From positions 1,362-65,361 of the IMG/VR virus record IMGVR_UViG_2585427681_000002: DNA of 64,000 nucleotides, one strand, 5' to 3'. Under the pieces are notes generated by a model. That model ran no database searches and was not told the DNA's origin. It saw only the letters and a program-made list of their open reading frames with translations. This document shows positions 44,340-53,500 of the stretch, in pieces. Position 1 is the first letter of the stretch. Each line of letters opens with the position of its first letter. The stretch comes from a virus. Taxonomy: Duplodnaviria > Caudoviricetes. A program made the position numbers and the translations under genes.

Positions 44340-44978
44340 ATGAAGATGGCCAAGCTGATTGACCTAACCGGCCAGATTTTTGGTCGGCTCGTTGTTCTAG
44401 GCAAGTTTTCGGGGGAGGCGGGCTTCAAAAGTACCTCCTCCAGATGGTGGTGTAAGTGCGAGTGCGGAGTCGAAAAAACCTACGGTTCGCAAGCGCTGCG
44501 TAACGGCCGCACCAAGTCCTGCGGTTGCTTGGATCTCGATCTCAAGGTGAAGCATGGGATGTACGGAACGCCAACCTATCGTTCATGGAACAGCATGGTG
44601 GCCAGATGCACAAATCCGCGCGCACCCAATTACCAAGACTATGGAGGGGCTGGAGTTGCCGTGCATGAGCGGTGGAGAGACTTCGCGTCGTTCTTTTCGG
44701 ACATGGGGGAGCGGCCTGAGGGCACCACCCTAGATCGTATCCATGTGACCGGTGACTATGAGCCGGGTAACTGTCGTTGGGCCTCAAGCGTTGAACAGCA
44801 AAGAAACAAACGTAACAACCATATGTTGACGGCCAATGGTGAGACACGCTGCATTTCTGAATGGGCTGAAATCACTGGTATTCAGAAGGTCACGATCCGA
44901 GCAAGGATTAGAAAAGGATGGTCGCATAGTGACGCCGTGAATACTCCGCCGGAGCCAAGGCGGAAGAGATCAAATTGA
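44340..44978 (+). CDS. HNH homing endonuclease between L and K
   Basis: DLTGQIFGRL..WWCKCECG..KSCGC; TLDRI...DYEPGNCRWA. Confidence 0.9.
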   Translation: MKMAKLIDLTGQIFGRLVVLGKFSGEAGFKSTSSRWWCKCECGVEKTYGSQALRNGRTKSCGCLDLDLKVKHGMYGTPTYRSWNSMVARCTNPRAPNYQDYGGAGVAVHERWRDFASFFSDMGERPEGTTLDRIHVTGDYEPGNCRWASSVEQQRNKRNNHMLTANGETRCISEWAEITGIQKVTIRARIRKGWSHSDAVNTPPEPRRKRSN

Positions 44979-45009
44979 ATAAGGAGCCCGCAGAGATGCG
45001 GGTTTTTTT

Positions 45010-45765
45010 ATGCGCAAGCACATACTGATAGCTATCGCGAAACACGCCTCGGATTGCTACCCAGCGGAATCCTGCGGCCTGCTCCTGGCCGTGGACCGCA
45101 AGCAGGTCTACTTCCCCTGCGCGAACGTGGCCAGCGAGCCGACCGAAGAATTCCGTATCTCCCCGGAGCAGTACGCCGAGGCGGAAGACCAGGGGAAGGT
45201 GATCGGCATCGTGCATTCGCATCCAGACGCCACCAGCCGGCCGTCACCGCGCGACCTGGCTATGTGCGAAGCCACCGGCCTGCCGTGGCACATCTTGTCC
45301 TGGCCCGAGGGTGACCTGCGGACCATCACCCCTACCGGCGACACGCCGCTGCTGGGGCGACCGTTCGTGCACGGTGCCTGGGACTGCTGGCAGGTGTGTG
45401 CCGACTGGTACAGGCGGGAATGGGGGCTGGATTTCCCTACGTATGTGCGGGAGGACGGCTGGTGGGAGAGGCCCGATGGCCCGAGCCTGTACGAGCAGAC
45501 CTACGAGGCCGCCGGCTTCTACCAGGTCAGCCAGCCACAGCGCGGGGACTTGGTGGTGATGGCGGTGGGGCGTACCGCGCACCCGAACCACGCAGGCATC
45601 TACCTGGGTGCCGACGTGCAGTTGCCAGAGCGGCACCCGCAGGTCTTCGGGCCTGGACCCTTCCTGCTGCACCACCTGTACGGCAGGCCATCAGAAATCA
45701 TCGTGTTCGGCGGCCCATGGCTCGACCGGACGCGCCTTGTGTTGCGTCATCGAGAGGCGATATGA
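45010..45765 (+). CDS. Tail tip protein (lambda K-like, JAB plus NlpC/P60)
   Basis: ESCG, HSHPD, DCW, NHAGIY. Confidence 0.92.
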   Translation: MRKHILIAIAKHASDCYPAESCGLLLAVDRKQVYFPCANVASEPTEEFRISPEQYAEAEDQGKVIGIVHSHPDATSRPSPRDLAMCEATGLPWHILSWPEGDLRTITPTGDTPLLGRPFVHGAWDCWQVCADWYRREWGLDFPTYVREDGWWERPDGPSLYEQTYEAAGFYQVSQPQRGDLVVMAVGRTAHPNHAGIYLGADVQLPERHPQVFGPGPFLLHHLYGRPSEIIVFGGPWLDRTRLVLRHREAI

Positions 45766-45902
45766 AATCGAAAGCAATAAATTGTGAATTTTCAATCAGT
45801 AGTGAATCCGACGCGCGAGGTCATAAAGAATGGGCATCGAAGCGGTGGATATCCAGCGACTCGGATAGCTGTGTCGTATACGAGTCCTGGGCAAGGGCGA
45901 AT

Positions 45903-46379
45903 TCAACTCACATAAAGTCGGTAGACGTTGCTTTGGAAGTCCATAACCAATCTGCCCATTCGAATGACGAGCACACCGATGATCAGATGCTGTCCGAGCT
46001 CCCCCTCGTCGACCAGCGGCGATGAAAAAATATCAGTCTCGTACTGCTGCCCAACTTCAGGGAGAAAAATGTGGGCTAAGTGCTGGGTAGAGTCAACCCA
46101 GCCACTTGCGGTGCGTACCCGGGTGGTACCGATCTGAGGACAGCCGATATCGGCTATCAGCTCAGGGCTTGCATAATTGTGATCGGCCCCGGTATCCACC
46201 AGCGCGTACAGGGTTTTGAAGCCAGAAATAGTTCTCGCACCATTCCCATGATCTGGATCGTATCTCAGAGAGGCATGAACTACCGGTCTCCCCGGTGGCA
46301 AGTCGCTGACACTGCCATCTGATGCCATGAATCGAATCTGAACGAAGCGAGATCCTTCTGGTACTGCGTAGCTAATCAT
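45903..46379 (-). CDS. Retropepsin-like aspartyl protease moron
   Basis: ALVDTGA catalytic motif and IIG. Confidence 0.75.
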   Translation of the reverse strand: MISYAVPEGSRFVQIRFMASDGSVSDLPPGRPVVHASLRYDPDHGNGARTISGFKTLYALVDTGADHNYASPELIADIGCPQIGTTRVRTASGWVDSTQHLAHIFLPEVGQQYETDIFSSPLVDEGELGQHLIIGVLVIRMGRLVMDFQSNVYRLYVS

Positions 46380-46529
46380 AACGCTATCCCTTGCGGTGTG
46401 TTGGCACAACGCTACTACGGCGGCGATCCGACTGGTACTGGCTTTCCATCCACGCTGGATGGGTGGACAGGGTGGTAAATATTGCTATACCTGATCCAAG
46501 ATTCACTATGGCTCAGGGAGGGCGTGCCA

Positions 46530-47297
46530 ATGTTTAAAAAAGGGATCGCGAGTGTGCTATTGGTCATCCTGGCCGCTCTTGTGGGATGTACCAACTCGTC
46601 GCAAGTGAAGCAGGCTGGCCGTGATCACTCATCAGGTTGGAGTGATCAAATCCGAAGTTTGGCTAGCCACTCTGTGGGGCCAGCACAGCTTGCTTACAAT
46701 GTCTATAAAGACGCAGATCAATTCGATGTCTCAGGCCGCTACCGTTGGGTGAGAGATTTCGAAGAGAAGAGAATGGGCTTCTTCGCATCTCTGTATAAAG
46801 AAAACGATCAGGAAAATTATATTCTCGCATTCCGCGGTACAGATTCCCTGGCCGACTTTAAAAGTGGAAATAACCCTATTTTCCAGCGACAGAATGGTTA
46901 TGCGCTGGCTGTTTTTGACCAGGTGCGGGACTTATATTCTCCAAGAGAAATAACAGTTGTGGGCCATTCCTTGGGGGGCGGGATCGCAATCCACGTTTCC
47001 CTCAACAGGGCAAACGTCAAGGCATACTCCTTCAATGGTAGTCCGGTGTTTCGCTCTGATGGAGTTCCGTTTAGAAATGAGCGCTATAGCATCGTTGAAC
47101 ATGGCGAAGTTCTCAAAATCGGGCGTTTATTCAGTCTTGAGGCCACCCAGCTATATACCTCAGTCGGATGCACCAATGGGAAAAATCCGTTTTCTCAGCA
47201 CGCTATGAAATTGCTTGCGAGTTGTTTGACCGAAATTGCCTCGTATGCGGATGATCATCCGGAGAGGGGTGAGGGACAGGCGCGCCGTCAGCCGTAA
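46530..47297 (+). CDS. Lipoprotein lipase (class 3 alpha/beta hydrolase)
   Basis: Lipobox LVGC; AFRGTD; GHSLGG. Confidence 0.85.
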   Translation: MFKKGIASVLLVILAALVGCTNSSQVKQAGRDHSSGWSDQIRSLASHSVGPAQLAYNVYKDADQFDVSGRYRWVRDFEEKRMGFFASLYKENDQENYILAFRGTDSLADFKSGNNPIFQRQNGYALAVFDQVRDLYSPREITVVGHSLGGGIAIHVSLNRANVKAYSFNGSPVFRSDGVPFRNERYSIVEHGEVLKIGRLFSLEATQLYTSVGCTNGKNPFSQHAMKLLASCLTEIASYADDHPERGEGQARRQP

Positions 47298-47495
47298 CTG
47301 TGATTGAGCCATGGTAGATCCCCTCTATCATCAAGGAGGGTACTGGCTGTCCATCCGGGATGGATAAGTGGACAGGATCCGTTTAGATTTCGTGGGCCTA
47401 GGCGACACTGCTGCGGGATCCAAGCATTCTCAATTTTTCCCGCTAATCTGTGAGTACCTATTCCCTGTGTGGGCAGGTTAACGAGGAGAGTGATA

Positions 47496-47996
47496 ATGGA
47501 TGGAATGCGTAAGCACACGTTGAGCATACTGTCAGTAGCATGCTTCGGGCTTGTATCTACTACAGTGTTCGCAGAATGTCCTATGGGGTTTCAGTCTGTC
47601 GGGGTGGCGTATGCTTCTGATGACGCGGATTTTGCGGAGGCGAAAGTTGAGGCGCAGCCGGTTCTTGTCAAATTCCCCAGAGGCGTACTTTTGGACAAGA
47701 ACTACGTACAGCATGGTGGGCGCTGGAATGGTGGCAGCGCCAGAGCTGTTATGACAGATGCTGATGTGCCAAATGGCTTGATGGTTATCGCATCCGGTTC
47801 AGAGGGCGGGGAGAAGGGGTGGTCTGTTTATAAACCTGAACTTAAGGTTCTGGAGGAGGCTGAAGACGGCAGGATTCTTCAGCGGGGCTATGAAATGAAG
47901 CTTTATTGCCACACTGGAAGCGGAGAGGCCGCAAAAATTGGCCGTCAAAGCTGTAGTGTGAGAGCTGAGTTCTGCGCCAAGCTTAAAAAAGCATAG
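47496..47996 (+). CDS. Exported moron protein
   Basis: Signal peptide ...STTVFA; GAGGAG RBS. Confidence 0.75.
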   Translation: MDGMRKHTLSILSVACFGLVSTTVFAECPMGFQSVGVAYASDDADFAEAKVEAQPVLVKFPRGVLLDKNYVQHGGRWNGGSARAVMTDADVPNGLMVIASGSEGGEKGWSVYKPELKVLEEAEDGRILQRGYEMKLYCHTGSGEAAKIGRQSCSVRAEFCAKLKKA

Positions 47997-48077
47997 AGGG
48001 TTCCTATTGGTAATTGGCCCAGCCCCGCGCTGGGCTTTTTGCATCTTCGGCAGGGCTAAAGCTGTATCCACGGAAGC

Positions 48078-48101
48078 CCCATTCTATACGTATAGAATGG
48101 G
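48078..48101. repeat. Perfect 24-bp palindrome
   Basis: CCCATTCTATACGTATAGAATGGG. Confidence 0.95.
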
Positions 48102-48185
48102 CTCCACCTGTGCGGCACCCTTGGTGCGCCACTCAATCGGCGACGGCCTCGGAGCGGCGGTAGAGCCTAGTGTGTATACGCATTT

Positions 48186-48212
48186 CCGCATTCTATACCG
48201 TATAGAATGCGG
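48186..48212. repeat. 27-bp palindrome (13-1-13) related to 48078-48101
   Basis: CCGCATTCTATAC-C-GTATAGAATGCGG. Confidence 0.95.
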
Positions 48213-48283
48213 CGTTGTGTATGTGGTTCACCGCTCTCGTTACCTAGCTATGGTAGATTGCCACCATCAACAAGGAGGGTGGC

Positions 48284-48874
48284 ATGAAGCAATATGTGGT
48301 GATTTCACTAGCGGCGGTGGTTCTGTCTGGATGTCTGGACAAAAGCGAGCAGAATGCTGCTCTGGCCACCTCCATCAACGCTATAGCGAGCATGGAGGTA
48401 AATAAGAAATCCCCTGACATGGCTGTCAAGTCATGGTGGCGATTGAAGGACGCTGGCGCTGCTATGTTCGTCGAGGCCTGCAAGAACTACGTGAGCATGC
48501 AGGGTCCGTACCTGGACAAACTGTCTGAGCTCTCCACTCCCGATATTTACAGTGACCCAAGCTGTTCTGAAACAGCCGATGCGTTTGATCGCCAGATCAC
48601 GAAGGTCGATGTGCAGTCCGACACGCGAGCGGTAGTTATGGCGCAGATTCGGAATACCACTCCGCCCGAGGCAGGCGCGGAACTGACTGGTGATGATAGA
48701 AAGCGCAAGGAGGCTGGAGAGGCGTTCCAATACGTTCTTGAGAGGAGTGATTCCAAGGCTGACTGGAAAATCTCCGAGGTATCCACCAGGTCTTCTTGGG
48801 CGGGTGATTGGGACAGAATCTTCCAGAAGCCAACGCCGGTGTCCAATAGCTGGGTTTACAATGCTCAGCAGTGA
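48284..48874 (+). CDS. Moron lipoprotein
   Basis: Lipobox LSGC; GGAGG RBS. Confidence 0.85.
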   Translation: MKQYVVISLAAVVLSGCLDKSEQNAALATSINAIASMEVNKKSPDMAVKSWWRLKDAGAAMFVEACKNYVSMQGPYLDKLSELSTPDIYSDPSCSETADAFDRQITKVDVQSDTRAVVMAQIRNTTPPEAGAELTGDDRKRKEAGEAFQYVLERSDSKADWKISEVSTRSSWAGDWDRIFQKPTPVSNSWVYNAQQ

Positions 48875-48935
48875 CCTCCGCGGCACGTTCAAGATTCAAG
48901 GATGCTACGATCCCTTCTCTACAAGGAGGGATCAC

Positions 48936-49355
48936 ATGCGAGTTTTGATTTGCGCTTTGGGGCTGGCGATGCTTGCGGGGTGCGCAACATCGCCTGTTCC
49001 GGTGAGTGAAGCGACTCCAGCACCTGCAGATAGGGTTAGCGGGTATCAGGCGCCAGTCCAGGGCGGCGGAACAATCATCGTCACCAGGGACAGCGGCTTC
49101 ATCGGTGGCGGCTGCTACGCAACGGTGTTTCTCAATGGCCAGCCAGTTGCAAAGCTCGACCCTAAAGAGAAAGCCTCTTTCAGTGTTCCCGCGGGGGAGT
49201 GGACGGTTGGGGCTGCGCTGGAGGGGAAAGCACTTTGTGGGCTGAACGCTCAACGACTTGAAGCGGAAGCATTGGTCAAGTCGGGGCAGACCAAGAAATA
49301 TAGAGTCTATACACCCACCGACGGAGACGTCGGCATATTGCCGACCACTTTTTAA
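48936..49355 (+). CDS. Tail-region lipoprotein (Cor-position)
   Basis: Lipobox LAGC; AAGGAGG RBS. Confidence 0.85.
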   Translation: MRVLICALGLAMLAGCATSPVPVSEATPAPADRVSGYQAPVQGGGTIIVTRDSGFIGGGCYATVFLNGQPVAKLDPKEKASFSVPAGEWTVGAALEGKALCGLNAQRLEAEALVKSGQTKKYRVYTPTDGDVGILPTTF

Positions 49356-49398
49356 ACGACCGCCTTCGGGCGGTTTTTTATTGCCTGGAGGAAACATA

Positions 49399-49980
49399 GT
49401 GACAACCGCAGCGCACTACGCACCGATGACCACGATCAAGCTCTCTGGGTCGTTGGCCCAGAAGTTCGGCCGCACTCATCGTCGGCAGATCGATAGCGGG
49501 CAAAGCTGGGAGGTCTTCAAGGCGCTCCGGGCTACCCTCACTGGATTTGAGGATGAGGTGAGGCGGCTCGACAATCTGGGAATGCGGTTCGCGATCTTCC
49601 GCAACCGTAAAAACGTTGGCTTGGATGACCTGGGTCGCGGTGGCACCAGCGAAATTCGGATCGTGCCAGTTTTATCAGGCAGCAAGCGAGGCGGGATCTT
49701 GCAGACCATCGTAGGGGCTGTGTTGATCGTAGCCAGTTTCTATGGAGCCCCAACGCTTCAGGTAGGTATTGCACTGGTCGCCGGCGGCGTCATTCAAATG
49801 CTCAGTCCTCAGGCCAAAGGCCTCTCACAAAGCGCTGCCCCCGAGAACCTGCCGAGTTACGCCTTCGGCAGCGCCAAGAACACAACCGCAAGCGGCAACC
49901 CTGTCCCGATCTGCATCGGCAAGCGCCGTTGGGGTGGGGCGATTATCTCGGCCTCTATCTATGCCCAAGACAAGGTTTAG
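49399..49980 (+). CDS. Tail assembly protein (lambda I-like)
   Basis: IKLSGSLAQKFGR; GNPVPICIG. Confidence 0.9.
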   Translation: MTTAAHYAPMTTIKLSGSLAQKFGRTHRRQIDSGQSWEVFKALRATLTGFEDEVRRLDNLGMRFAIFRNRKNVGLDDLGRGGTSEIRIVPVLSGSKRGGILQTIVGAVLIVASFYGAPTLQVGIALVAGGVIQMLSPQAKGLSQSAAPENLPSYAFGSAKNTTASGNPVPICIGKRRWGGAIISASIYAQDKV

Positions 49981-50044
49981 CTAGCTTAGTCACGCGGAAC
50001 GCTGATAGCATTTTGCCTTATCACACTCTCGAAAGGATGCTGCA

Positions 50045-50287
50045 GTGTACGTATACAAAATGGTCCAAGTTCCGCCGAACGTTGAAGTTCAGGCCAAGAA
50101 TCATAAAGGGAATGAGGCCGCCGCCTATCTTCAGCAGGTGGTGAATTCTCACGCCGAGGACGGCTGGGAGTTCTATCGTGTGGACACAATTGGTGTGTCT
50201 GTGCAGCCTGGTTGCTTTGACGCGATGTTTGGCAAGAAGGCGACAGTGTCAGACTACTACGTGATTTCGTTCCGCCGACCGGCATGA
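50045..50287 (+). CDS. DUF4177-like small protein
   Basis: YKMV...AEDGWEFY...FRR. Confidence 0.65.
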   Translation: MYVYKMVQVPPNVEVQAKNHKGNEAAAYLQQVVNSHAEDGWEFYRVDTIGVSVQPGCFDAMFGKKATVSDYYVISFRRPA

Positions 50288-50490
50288 TGAAGGCCGTGTC
50301 GTTGGAGCTAATCCGCCTCTACCAGCGGGTTGCTCCCCTTAGCCTTCGATCCGCCTGCCGGTATGAGCCCACCTGCTCCAACTACGCTTTGCTGGCTATT
50401 GAAAAGCACGGTGTGCTCCGGGGATGGAGCGCAGCGCTGAAGCGAATCTGCCGTTGTCGACCTCCAAATGGAGGGACTGATTACCCTTAG
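50284..50490 (+). CDS. yidD: YidD-like membrane protein insertion efficiency factor
   Basis: IRLYQR...CRYEPTCSNYALLAIEKHG...RICRCRP..GG.D. Confidence 0.88.
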   Translation: MMKAVSLELIRLYQRVAPLSLRSACRYEPTCSNYALLAIEKHGVLRGWSAALKRICRCRPPNGGTDYP

Positions 50491-50532
50491 AAGAACCCGC
50501 CACGGCGGGTTTTTTGTTGCCTGGAGAAAAGC

Positions 50533-53500
50533 ATGGGCGCAGCACTTCAACTCGAAATTGCCGGCGCAAAGGGTGGCGAGAGCAAGCCGAAATCCCCGGT
50601 CGAAGCACCGGATAGCCTTCAGTCCACGAACATCGCCAAGATGTTGATCGCGGTCGGCGAGGGTGAGTTCGAAGGCACCCCGACCGACCGGGACATCTAC
50701 CTGGACAACACTCCCATCGTCGACTCAAGCGGCAACGTCAATTTTCCCGGGGTGAAGTGGGAGTGGCGCCGCGGTTCGGTTGAGCAGGACTACATCCAGG
50801 GCATCCCGGCGATCGAGAGCGAGACGACCACAAACGTCGAGCTTCGCAGCGACAACCCCTTCGTGCGCTCGTTGAGTAATACCCAGCTGTCCGCGGTGCG
50901 CGTGCGGTTCTCTTGGTCGCGCCTTGCCCAGCAGGACAGCAGCGGCAACACCAACGGCTACCGCATCGAGTACGCGATCGATGTGGCCACCGACGGTGGC
51001 TCATACGCCGAAGCTCACCGTGGCGCCGTCGACGGTAAGACCACCAGTGGCTACCAGCGGTCCGTGCGCGTGGATCTGCCGGCAGCGACGTCGGGCTGGA
51101 TGTTCCGCGTCCGCCGGCTCACGCCCAACGCGAACAGCGGCACGATCGCCGACACGATGACTGTCGCCGGCTACACGGAGATCATCGACCAGAAACTCCG
51201 CTACCCGAACACTGCGTTGCTCTACATCGAGTTCGATGCACAGCAGTTCCAGAACATTCCGGCGGTTACTGTGGACTGTCGCGCGCGGCGCTGGCCAGTG
51301 CCCGCGAACTACGATCCAGAGACCAGGACCTACACCGGGATCTGGGATGGCACCTTCAAGCAGGCCTGGACCAACAACCCTGTGTGGGCGACCTACGGCC
51401 TGTGCGTCGAGGACCGATTCGGCCTGGGCAAGCGTATCCAGCCGTGGATGGTCGACAAGTGGGAGATGTACCGCATCGCCCAGTATTGCGACCAACTCGT
51501 ACCCAACGGCGTCGGCGGGATGGAGCCGCGGTACCTGTGCGACATCAACCTGCAGGGCCGGACTGAGGCTTGGACGTTGCTGCGCGACTTGTCCGCCATC
51601 TACCGCGGCATGACCTACTGGGCCCAGGGCCAACTGTTCATGCAGGCCGACATGCCGCGCGCGCAGGACATCGACTACGTGTTCACTCGCGCGAACGTCA
51701 TCGACGGCGACTTCGTCTATGGCGGCGCCGAGCGCACAACGCACTACAGCCGCGCCTTGGTCAGCTACGACAACCCGGCGAACAACTACGATACCGACGT
51801 CATCCCTGTCACCGACCTGGTCCTGCAGCGCCGGTACCGTGACCGGCCGATCGAGATCTCGGCCATCGGGTGCACTCGTGCGAGCGAGGCCCAGCGCCGC
51901 GGGAAGTGGGCGCTGATCAGCAACAACCAAGACCGCACCGTCACCTTCAAGACAGGCCTCGAGGGCGCCAACGTCTTGCCAGGCTACGTCATCCCGGTCG
52001 CTGACGAACTCGTTGCCGGCAGACCGAACGGCGGGCGGATCTCGGCTGCCGCGGGGCGCGTGGTCACACTCGACCGCGATACGCCGATCAAGGCCGGCGA
52101 CCGGTTGATTGTGAACCTGCCGAACGGCACAGCCCAAGGTCGCACCGTCGAATCGGTGGTAGGCAGGGCCGTGACTGTGACCACCGCCTATGCACTACAG
52201 CCAGAGCCTCAGTTGCAATGGGCAATCGACTACGAGGACCTGGCGGTTCAACTGTTCCGAGTACTGAAGCGCACACGCACGACCGAAGGCCAGTTCGAGT
52301 TCACTGCATTGGAATTCAACCCGAGCAAGTTCGCGGCAATCGACACCGGTGCCAAACTCGACGAGCGCCCGATTAGTGTCATTCCCATCACTACCGTGCC
52401 GCCGCCCGCGAGCGTCTCGCTGACTTCGGACTACGCAGTGGATCAGGGCATAGCGGTCAGCACGATGACCGTCAGCTGGCCCGCGGTGGATGGAGCGGTC
52501 GCCTACGACGTCGAGTGGCGCAAGGGCAGCGGCAACTGGATTCGACTGCAGCGCACCGGCGGTACCAGCGTCGATGTCGCGGGGATATACGCCGGCGCCT
52601 ACCTCGTCCGCGTGCGCGCCGTGAGCGCTTTCGACATCACTTCGATCTGGCGCAGCTCAATGCTGACGGAGTTGAAGGGTAAGGAGGGGCTTCCGCCGGC
52701 AGTCACTTCCCTGACGGCCACGCCGCTCATCTTCGGGATTTCACTGAAGTGGGGTATTCCGCCTGGTGCTGAAGACACCCAGCGGACGGAAATCTGGTAC
52801 AGCCAGAGCAACAGCCTTGAGTCGGCAACGAAACTCACCGATCTGGCCTATCCGCAATCCGAGCATGTGATGCAGGGCCTTGGCGCCGGAGTGGCATTTT
52901 TCTTCTGGGCACGCCTGGTGGATAGGACTGGCAACATTGGTCCGTGGTACCCGCTGGAGAGCGGCGTGCTCGGCCAGTCCGGATCTAATGCCGGACCGAT
53001 TCTTGAGTTGATCAGCGGCCAGATCACCGAAAGTGAATTGGGTCAGGAGCTGCTCACGGAGATCGAGAAAATCTCCGGCGACTTCCCCGGGTCTGTCACG
53101 GATCGGATCAACGATGCGAAGCAAGAGCTGGAGGATTTGATCACCGAACTGACCGACCCGCTTGAGTATGTTGCCACCGACGCCTATGTCATGAACGATG
53201 CGGTGCGCAGCGGCCGGCGTTTGTACATGGCAATCACGGATGTACCGGCAGCGGCTGACGGCAGCAATGCGCCGCCCAACCCTGGTTACTGGGTCGACAT
53301 CGGCAGCATCGCAGAAACGGCGAACGGGCTGGCTCAGGCCGTGGCAAAGAACACCACGGACATCGAGAGTATCGACGGCGTCGTTACTGCGACCGCGGAA
53401 ATGCTGCAGGCGGTGCAGTCTGCCTACCGTGATGACGATGGTGAGGGGGCGCTGAGCGATGCCTGGCGCGGCTGGGATACCCTGGCGAAGGTCTCGCAAG

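Noticed and set aside
45762-46025. 87-aa ORF after K
   Set aside because: Overlaps the protease gene on the other strand by 123 nt and has no recognisable features; left uncalled.
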